A stretch of 64,000 bases of DNA from Rebecca billardiae RCC1528. Lineage: Eukaryota; Protista; Haptophyta. Shown here one piece after another: positions 54,792-64,000 of this stretch. Location of the stretch: positions 992,001 through 1,056,000 of the forward strand of contig OZ251231.1 of NCBI GenBank assembly GCA_965240325.2, given 5' to 3'. A model generated the notes under the pieces. The model worked only from the letters and a program-made list of their open reading frames with translations. It searched no databases and was not told the origin of the DNA. A program made the translations under genes and the position numbers. The stretch's first letter is position 1, and each line of letters begins with the position of its first letter.

Positions 54792-56577
54792 GGCCCGTGC
54801 TTTCAGATGTGCTCTGATGAAGGGGATGACGCTTCATTCTCGTGAGACCACGCCTGCGGGTTTCGAATATTAGACTGCACATCATAGCGAATCGCATCAT
54901 TATATCTAACTATTGACAGTGAACCGGGTCCGAGGCGCGCGCGCACGCAGTCCTGATCCTCGGACAAGTTTAGGAGGCCGTGGGCCTACTAAGGCTAGCC
55001 AGTACTACCAGATTGACTCACCGTTATTAATTTTAATAGTATATATATAGTAATATTCATATGAGCCGCGGCCGCCGCCTGCCGCAGCTGCTCGCCGCTA
55101 GGTCGCGGCGCACTGAGTCAGCAGGCGGCGACATCGACTACGGCGACCTCACCCTCATCCAAGTGCTCCGCGGCGGCGCTCGGCTGCGGCGGCATCTGCC
55201 GTCGCCGCCGCGTGCGACCCCCGAGGCGGCCCAGGCCTAGCCGCCTAGGTCAGTCAGTCAGACAGTTACCAGCTGTCAGGCGGTGCTCCCGCGCCCGGCC
55301 CGCGGCCCCGCTCCTGTAGCCCTAGGGGGGCAGGGGTGCGGGTGGCGCACTGCCTGCTGACCTGGTCGGCAGGCGCGGACCATGCATTCGTCTATGACGA
55401 GTCTGCTGCACTCTGTCTTGCCTGACGCTTGCCCGTTGCATGATACCACAGTGTCGTTAAATATATTTAAAGACGTGGCATGCAACGGGCAGGCGTCAGA
55501 GTCAGCAAGCGCTGTAGCAGCAGATCGAGCAGCAGGGACAAACACCAGGATCAGCGCTCCTCGCCGTCGTAGTCGCGATGGAGTGATGGGCGACTCGCCG
55601 TCGTAGTCGCCCATCACTCCATCGCCGAGCGGAAGCTCGACGCACCGTCTGGCGTCGACGCGCGCGCGCCAGGCGCGGTGGTCGCGGTGCCACGCGTCGT
55701 CAGTCGTTAAATATACATGACGAATAATAATTATTGAAATAAACTGTAATGCGGCTGCACCGTACAGTATCGAAGACTCAGCCGTCGGATGCAGATTCTG
55801 TCTGCAGCATGAAGTCTGAATGAACTCTGCCTCTTGACAGTACGACCCTCTGTACCCTGCCGGACGCGAGCCGCCCGACGCCCCGACCTCGGACCTGTGC
55901 TAAGCCTAACTAAGTAGTAAGTGGGAACCTGACTAGCTGGTCTGACGACTATACTGATGCAGATGTACTCAGTCAGGCTCGGTGCCTACTCAGCAGTACT
56001 CAGACTCGGATGATAATCAGGCAGATCAGCGCGCCGCAGCGCCGGCAGCGCGGACTCAGAGTCGGCACCGGTAGGCGGTACGAGTTCCGTGCGACTCCGT
56101 AGCCGCCTCTAAGTCCGTGTCAATTGACATTAATTACGGTGTCGTCCGCGCGTCGTCGTCAGACCGGGTGAACTCACTGAGACCGTCGGACACGTCGTCA
56201 ACTACTCACTGGCTAGTAGTGGCTAGTACTACTGACTGCTTAGAGTGCTCGCGGACCACCGTAGGCTAAGGCTCCGTAGACGTAGTACAGTAACAGTACT
56301 GTCACTGCATCAGCTCCTAACGACTCTTGATCAGTAGTTCGGGGCCACCCTCTGAAAGGTAAGCAGTCCGTCGTATCAGGACCCGGAGCCGGCCAGGGCT
56401 CCGTCAGCGAGTGATCGCGTCAGCCCCGGGCGGTCCGAAGGCGCGTACCGTGTCACCGTGTGTCATACGGCCCGGCGCTGCCGGCAGCTCACAGCAACCG
56501 TGGGCCACTCTTTCGGCCGGACAATCCCGCTCGCTAGGCCCGCGTGCTGCGAGCCAGCGTCGATGCCGCGGGACACT

Positions 56578-57226
56578 TCATTCCGCCGCAGCTGGTGCAC
56601 CCGTCAAGGACTCGATCTGCGCAATCGCGAGCGAGGGCGGAGGGCCGAAGTGGTGGTCGGCTGGGTCAGCCGCGTGCGCGCTCCGCCAAGGCGCAGCGCG
56701 ACGGAGACGCGGAGATGCGGGGGGCGGGCGGGGGGCGCTGCGCACCTTCTTGGTCAATTCCATGATGCGCTGTGTCAGCTGATCATTCTTCTCGCGCAGC
56801 TGGTCGTTTTCCGCCTTGAGCGCCTCCACATCCACGCCGGTCGGTGCGCCCAGAGTCATCTTCAAAAAGTCGAGCGCATTTGACGGCTTCTCAGGCTCCT
56901 CGTACAGGGCGACGAGAACTGTGGCGGGCGGGCGCGCGGTGCGGCGGTCGAGGCTCAGCCTCGCGCTCGTGCCGCGCGCTCGGCCGCGCCTCGCAGGCAC
57001 GCACCCTTGGTGACGGCATCGATCACCCCGCTGCGCTCCAGGTAGCGCCGGAACTCCTCCTTCTTGACATCAGGTGACTGCGCGGGGAGCGGGCGGTGGG
57101 CACAGGTGGCCGTGCGCGTGAGTACACGTCCGAGACGTAGCGTCACGCCCAGACGGGCCACTGCACACTCCCGCCGCGGTCTCCACGCACTGTGAAGTTG
57201 GTGTCCGCTCCGGTGGGCGGGGCCAT
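56578..57226 (-). CDS. MYCBP: c-Myc-binding protein (AMY-1) homolog; introns 57078-57190, 56919-57004 and 56617-56745
   Basis: Spliced product MAPPTGADTNFT|SPDVKKEEFRRYLERSGVIDAVTK|VLVALYEEPEKPSNALDFLK... Confidence 0.9.
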
Positions 57227-57577
57227 CGTTGAAACTGCCTTGCGGCTGTGCAGCCTGGCGTGTGCCGCCGGCCGCGCCAGGGCGTGTCCGTTGCCGGGAG
57301 TGCGAAGCAGGCGAGAGTCCGGTGCTCTGGCGCGGAAGTCGGTTGGCGCGTTTGCCGCCAGCCGGAGCGGCGGAGCGGGCGCCCTGGCTGCTTCCGCTGC
57401 GAGCAGGAGGCGGCATCATTTCCGCGCCCGGGCGGTGGCGGCAGCGGACGCTGCCCTTTGTGCGCGCTACCCTCGGAGACGCGCCCACACGAGGACCGCA
57501 CGCACCGTCGCTCTCTCCGCGCGCGCGAAGCGGTGGCAGCGAGAGGGTGCTCGTAGAGACCAGCCGCGTCGGCGGCG

Positions 57578-60500
57578 ATGGATCTCGCCCAATCGGCCGA
57601 GCGCGACGAGCGCGCGCCGTCAACGACGGCCGTCGCGCCGATGCTGGAAGAGTCTTTCCACGACGCCCTGTCGGAGCCGCGCTCACGCCCGGGCTTCTTC
57701 AAGCGGCTCTTCGCCAAGCGCTTCGTCGACGCGAGCCAGGGCAACCCCGCGGCCGCGCCGGCCGCGGCGCCCGCCGTCGAAAACGACCCCGCGGCCGCTG
57801 TGATCGATCGGCTGACCGAGCTGATGACGCCAGCGAGCGACAAGTCGGCGGCCGTGCGGCTGCACGCGGCGCAGGGGTTTGAGGAGGTGGCCGCGGCGAT
57901 GTGCAAGATCGACCCGCTCTTCCTCGCCAGCGCGGGCGTGCTGCGCACCCTCTGCTCGCTGCTGCTCGCGCCGGAGCGCGAGGTGGCGGACGCAGTCGAA
58001 GGTGCGTTCGCGCACGTCGGCGTTCGGGACGTCGACGTGAAGCCGCTGCTCGACGTGCTGGCGAGTAAGAACGGCGGCGGCGGCGCGACGTACAAGGCGG
58101 GCGAGGCGCTGCGCTGCCTCGCCGCCATCAGCTCGCGCCCGGACAATGCGCAGCTGCTGCTGCGCTGCGGCGCGGAGGGCCCGTTACTATCATATCTCTC
58201 ACGCCGAGGTGCGCCCGCTGCGCCCGCTGCGCCCGCTGCGCTCCCCTGTGGCGCCGCGCCGTGCGGCGCTGGGCGCGGCGCGTCGCGCGCGCTGCGCCGA
58301 CTGCGCCCTGCGCGCGCTCGATACCCCGCGCGAGGTGCGGTGGCACAGCACGGCACACCGCCACCGCGCGCGTCGCCCCGCGCCGCGCGCCTGGCCACTC
58401 AACTCATCGGTGTGGTGGTGCCCCTGCCCCACGCGTGCTGCGCGTTGGATGTGGCGCGGCGCCGCTCGGCCGACACGCCGCGGCTGCCCGCCGCGACCCG
58501 CAGGCGCCAAGGCGAGTGAGATCGAAGACTGCCTGCGCGCTCTCACCAGCGTCGCGCTCACGGCTGACGGGCGCGCGGCGCTCGGACAGGCGGGCGCCGT
58601 GCGCACCGTGCTGCAGCTGCAGGGCGTGCACTGGCGGCGCTCGCGCAACCGGCAGCCGGAAGGCGGCGCGCAGGCGCCGCCGCCGGCCGGCCGCGGCTCC
58701 GCGGCCGCCGCTCCGGGCGCAGGCGGCGACAGCGTCGCGGCGGCTGATGGCGCCTCCGCCGGCGCTGCCGACGCCCACGCCGCGCGCCCGCACATCCCTC
58801 CGCTAGAGCGCTCGGGCTCGGCCCCGCTCCCGCCATCGCCCGACGGCGTGGCCGGCAGCGGCGCGGACGGCGGCCAGCAGAGTCGCTCGCCCATCAGCAT
58901 GATGCGAGCGGTGCGGCTCTCTCGCGCGGAGTCGTCGAGCGCCGTGCGCGGCGCGGCCGGCGCGGGCAGAAGTCCTCTCGCCGCACCGGCGGACGCGGTG
59001 GCGGAGGCCGAGCGCGCGCTCACCGCCACCGTGCGCACGGACCTCGCCGAGCCGAGCGGCGCTGCCAGCGGCTCGCCCGGCGGCAGCGGCGGCAGCACGA
59101 GCAGCTCCTCGCGCGCGAGCGGGCGCGGCGGCGGCGGCGTGAGCGCAGGCTCCCCTTTCGGCTTCAGGCACGCGCGCACCGACGGTCCCGGCGCGGAGGT
59201 GTGGGTCGCGAGCGTGGGCGCCATCGCCCCGCCCGCGCCGCGCGCGCCGCTCGGGCCGGGGACGAGCACGCGCGGCGTCGTGGCGCAGGGCAGCACGCCC
59301 GCTGCGGGCGGCGGGGTCGGGGAGGGCGGCAGCGCCGCGGCACCCCCGCCGCCACCTGTCGGCGGGAGCGCATCGTGCGAGCCCGCGCCGGCGGCATCTC
59401 TGGCGATGCCGCCGGTGGGCCTGGGCTCGCGCTCAGCGACGCTGCCTGCGCAGCCGCCTCCGCCCGCGAGCGCGGCGACTGGCGGCCCCGCGCCGAGCGC
59501 GCCTCTGCAGGCCGGCCTCGGCGGTGTCGGCGGCGTCGGCGTTGGCGTCGGCGGCGTCGGCGGCGCCGGCGTCGCCGCCACGGCGAAGAGTCAGACTCAC
59601 TCGCGCGCGGTGCAGCTGCTGGCGCTGGCGTTGCTGCGCTCGCTCCTCGAGCACGAGACGAACCGACCGCGGCTGGTGGAGAGCTTTGGCGTGCGCGCGC
59701 TCTTCTCGCTGCTCGCGCAGGGCGATCGCGAGATCAAGACCGCCGCATGCAACTGCCTCGCCGCGTTCACGTCCGACCCGGCCATGTGCGCGCACCTCGC
59801 GACCAGGTTCCGTCTCAACTGCCTCGTGCTGCTGATGCAGGCGCCTGCGGCGCACGTGGTCGAGCCCGAGGGCGACGGCGCGGCCGACGGCGCGGGCGGC
59901 GCGGGCTGCTCGCCGCCGCAGCTCGCCGCGCCGCCTGGACCGACCGACGCCGCCGCGGCCGCGTCGGGCGCGGGCGACGGCGCCGGTCCGAGCGGCGCTG
60001 GTGTCGGCTGCTCGCCGCCGCTTGTGGCCGCTGCAGGCGGATCGCCGCTGGTGCCGAGCGCAGCGGCGGGCGCGGCGCCGCTGCCGGCGCGCGAGGGCGC
60101 GGCGGTCGCAGCGGCGCCCATGCCGCTGCAGGGCGGCGCCGCGAGCGGCGGGCGCGCCAGCCCCAGCGTGCAGCCGGGCGCGGCGGCGGCGCTCGAGCCG
60201 CTGCCGATCGCAGTCGCGCCCACGCGGCAGGGTCTGCGCGAGGCTTTGCTCGTGCCGCTCACGCGCACGGTCGCGAACCTGTGCGCGGACGAGAAGGTGG
60301 CCAAGGACATGCTGTCTCACCCGCAGCTGTTCCGGGCCATCGAGCTCGTGCTGCGCTACTCGCCGCTGCAGGCGGCGCGCGACGAGGCGATGCGCACGCT
60401 CGCGCAGCTCGCGGGGCTCGAGGTCGAGCGCGCGGCGGCCATCGTGCGCCAGCAGGAGTGCGCGCCCCCCGCGCCGCTGCCGCTCGCGCTGCCGATGCAG

Positions 60501-62192
60501 ACGCTGGGCGCGAGCGGCGGCGCCGCCGCCGACGCGGGCGGCGGGCTGGCAGGCGGCGCGCCGCTGCCGCCGCCGCCGCCGCCGCCCGCGCCCGGTGGCG
60601 GCGCGACGCGCGCCGACGCGCTGCTACTGCACTCGGCGGGGCTGCAGCTGCTGCTGCATGCCGCGCTCAGCGGCGGCAGCTCGGCGGAGGAGCAGCGCGC
60701 CGGCGCGCCCGCCGGCGCTGCGGACGCGCCGCGCGCGCCGCCCGCCGAGCAGGAGGCCTCCGCCGCCGCCGCGGCGAGCTCCGACGAGCCTGCCGCGGCC
60801 GACGCGACCGGCGTGTTCCGCGCGAACGCGCTGCGCGCTCTCGGCAACTTGTGCTTCCGCGAGGACGTGCGCACGTTCGTCGTCGAGCACTACGTGCACG
60901 CGGCGGCGGAGCACGCGCGCGGCTCGGCGGACGCGGACGTGCGCTCAGCCGCGATCCGTCTGCTGGCCATCTGCGGCGCGCAGCGCGTCGTCGCGGGCAA
61001 GCTGCCGCGCGCGGGCTCGGTGCTCGGGCACTGGGGTGTGCGCATCCTGTGCATTGACGGCGGCGGCACGCGCGGCGTGATCGCCGTCGAGATGCTGCGC
61101 AAGCTGGAGAACCTCCTTGGGAGCCGCCTCGATGAATCCTTCGACCTGATCTGCGGTGCGCGCCCGGCGCGCGCTGCGCTGCGCCGCGCGGCGTCCCCCT
61201 GTGCGCGCGCTGCGCCGATCGATCAGGCTCGAGGCGGGCGCACGACGCCCGTCGACGCGCACGCCTGCAGCGCGCGCCGCGCTGAGCCGCCGCCGAGCCC
61301 CCGCGCCGCGCGCCGCCGCCGCTCGCAGGCACGTCGACTGGCTCGATCATCGCATGGCTCCTCGGCGCCAACTCGGAGACGGCCGACGAGATCGGCGCGA
61401 GATACGAGTCGTTGTGCCGCCGCGTATTTGTCAAGCAGACCGCGGGACGGAACAAGTACTCGTCCTCGCAGTTCCGGGACCTTCTGATCAAGGAGCTCGG
61501 GCAGGAGCGGCTGATCGACGCCGCGCTGCGCGACGACGGGCTGGCTGCGCGCAAGGTGCGCACGCGCGTGCTGCGCGCGCGTGCGCGCCGTGTCGGCGGC
61601 GGGGTCGTGCCTCGGCCGCGCCCACACGGTGCGTCCGTCCCGTGCCGCCCGCGCCGCGCCGCGCGCGTGCGCCGCCGCAGGTGTTCCTCGTCGCCTCGCT
61701 GGTGAGCACCAAGCCGCCGCTGCCGTACCTCTTCCGCACGTACCAGCACGACGCGCGCACGGCCTCGCGGTTCCCCGGTGACTGCGGCTCGCGCGTGTGG
61801 GAGGCGCTGCGCGCGTCCACGGCCGCGCCCACCTTCTTCGAGCCCGTAGTGCGCGACCGGCTCATGTTTCAGGACGGCGGCTTGCTGAACAACAACCCGA
61901 CCTCGCTCGCGATCCACGAGGCGCGCTGCCTCTGGCCGGACCGGCCGATCGCGGCGATCGTCTCGATCGGCACCGGACGCTCGCCCGTCGCCGACTCCAA
62001 GGCCTGGTCGTTCACAGGCGCGACGCTGCTCGCCTCCGCCACGGACACGGAGCGCACGCACCAGGTGGTTGCGCGGCGCGCTGCGCTGTGCTGCGCGTGC
62101 GCGGGCGGTCGGGCCGTGCTGCCGCGTCGGCGCGCGCGCTGAGTCCGCACGCCGCTGCGATGCCGTGACGGATTGACATTGCGTGCAGCGTG

Positions 62193-62237
<45 letters not shown>

Positions 62238-63831
62238 GCGCGCGACGCACGCGTCGAGTCGAGTCGCCCCGATCCGGCCTCCGACCCCATCCGCGCGCCG
62301 ATCCCCGCCGCACCCGCCTCGCCTCCGCGCCGTCTGCCCGCGCGCGCGCCGTGCGCACACAGGTACTGGAGGACGTGTACCCCGAGGATGTCTACTTCCG
62401 CTTCAACGTGGAGCACGCGCTGTGCGCCGGGCCGATGGACGTGACGACGGCCGAGGCGCTGGCGGAGTACAGGCGCATCGCGCGGGACTACTGCGAGGGG
62501 CAGAGCGCGCGCTTCGAGCAGCTGGCGAGCCGGCTGCAGGGGCTCGACGCGCCGCCGCACGCGGAGGCGGAGGCGTCGGAGCGGACGCGGGTCGACGGGC
62601 GCGGGATCGCGGCGTGGTGGCGCGCCCGAGCCGCGCGCCGCGCCGCGCTCGCGGCGGCCGCGGCGGCCGGCGGCGAGGCGGCAGGGGCGGCCGCGGGCTC
62701 GGCCGGCGGCGGCGGGCCCGACGGCGGCGGGCCTGTGCGCAGGGGCGGCGCCGCGCTCGGCGGCGCCAACGACGGCGCAGCGGCGTGCGGCGCGGCCGGC
62801 GCCGCGCGCCGGCTCGCGGACGCGGCCGCGCCCTCGCTCGCGCCCTCGCCGGTGCCCGTGCCTGGAGGGCCGCATCTCGCGGAGGAGATTGCGCCCGCGC
62901 GGCGTGCCATCCACCACACGCTGCGTGTGCGGCTGCTCTCGCGGTGCGCGCGCGTGCGCCCGCCGAAGGCTGGCCCGAGCCGTCCGCGGCGCGCGCGCCG
63001 TGCACGCCCGCGGCGCTCACCGCACGTCGCACCGCGCCGCGCCGCGCGCGCCGCGCGCGCCCCTCCGCCGCTCGCCGCAGCCTCGTCGCCGACGGCGGGC
63101 AGACGTCCGGCCTCTCGCGCTTTGCGGACGCGGTGTACACCTCGTGCGAGGGCGGCCACGAGCGCTTCGCGCGCACGATGACGTTCCTGAGCTGGCTGCA
63201 GGCGGCGCTGCACGAGGCGGCCGAGCGCGACTCGGCGCTCACGGACGCGCGCGAGGGTCGACTGCTCACGCAGTCGGTGGGCGTGGTCTCACACCTGGCG
63301 GAGCCGTACACCGCGTTTCTCCGCGACGGCGGGCTCGCGCCGACGCTGCTCACGCGCCCGCCGGGCGCTCGGCCGATCGTCGCGGTGCAGCTCGAGCCGC
63401 TGCTCCCGCCGCTCGACCTGCCGCTCAGCGCGCACGCGAGCGGCACGTCGGTGGGCGCGGTGAACGACGCGCTGCGCGACGCGATGCGCTGGGCGGCCGA
63501 CGCGATCGGCGGCGTGAAGGACGCGCTCGCGCAGACCGTGCTGGGGCAGGAGTCGCGCGCGACCGCCACGCCGTGCCCGACGGTCTCGGACCACGCGTGC
63601 GCGGCGCGCGGCGCGGCGCCGCTCTCCGCGCCGACGATCCCTGCCCCTCTGGGCGGTGGCGGCGGCGGCGCGCCCCTCGCGGCCGGCTCTGGCGCCGCCT
63701 CGGCCGCGCCGGAAGACGGGGCCGCCGCGGATGCGTCGTCGTCTGCAGCACCGCCCTCTGCCAGTCAGGGCGCTGCCACGGACACGGCAGCCACTCTCGT
63801 TGACGCCGGCACGGTCCTCCACTCGGCGTAA
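57578..63831 (+). CDS. Patatin-like phospholipase with ARM repeats (PLA-I/PNPLA8-like); introns 58209-58503, 61156-61328, 61556-61680, 62065-62362 and 62944-63080
   Basis: RILCIDGGGTRG, spliced G|TSTG nucleophile elbow, ALRASTAAPTFF and QDGGLLNNNP; ARM-like helical repeats upstream. Confidence 0.9.
62194..62236. repeat. (CTG)n trinucleotide repeat within an intron
   Basis: Seen directly; it lies inside intron 62065-62362. Confidence 0.95.
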
Positions 63832-64000
63832 CTCAGTGACGCGTGCCACCGCCAGATGATGCGAGCTAGTCCGACACGCTCGCAATGCCAGCAGCCCAGC
63901 AGGCAGCGCTGGCATCGTACTACCAGGAAGAGCCGTTCGTGCGCTCCGGCGGCGTCTGGACTCTGATGGTGCCGCGCCGCCTCAGCTCGCGCGCGCGCAT

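Overview
This window is very GC-rich, gene-dense eukaryotic nuclear DNA with short GT-AG introns, most of which start GTGCGC and are (CG)-rich. Several proteins carry signal-peptide plus transit-peptide leaders, which suggests an alga with a complex plastid; a haptophyte such as Pavlovales is plausible but only inferred. About 25 protein genes can be supported, mostly in head-to-head pairs. The main finding is a ~15.6 kb tyrosine/homogentisate catabolic gene cluster (35550-51185) containing HPPD, HGD, FAH and an aromatic-type aminotransferase. It also holds an MFS transporter, a membrane protein, a flavin-reductase-like protein, a DUS and a heme-oxygenase-like dimetal enzyme, but no maleylacetoacetate isomerase. 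The second finding is a 4.6 kb non-autonomous Mutator-like element (665-bp TIRs, 9-bp TSD) inserted in a bidirectional promoter. Its left TIR is interrupted by a TSD-less head-to-tail dimer of a Helentron-like element that carries an array of covarying hairpins. All calls come from reading the sequence and recognising motifs by eye; no searches were run.
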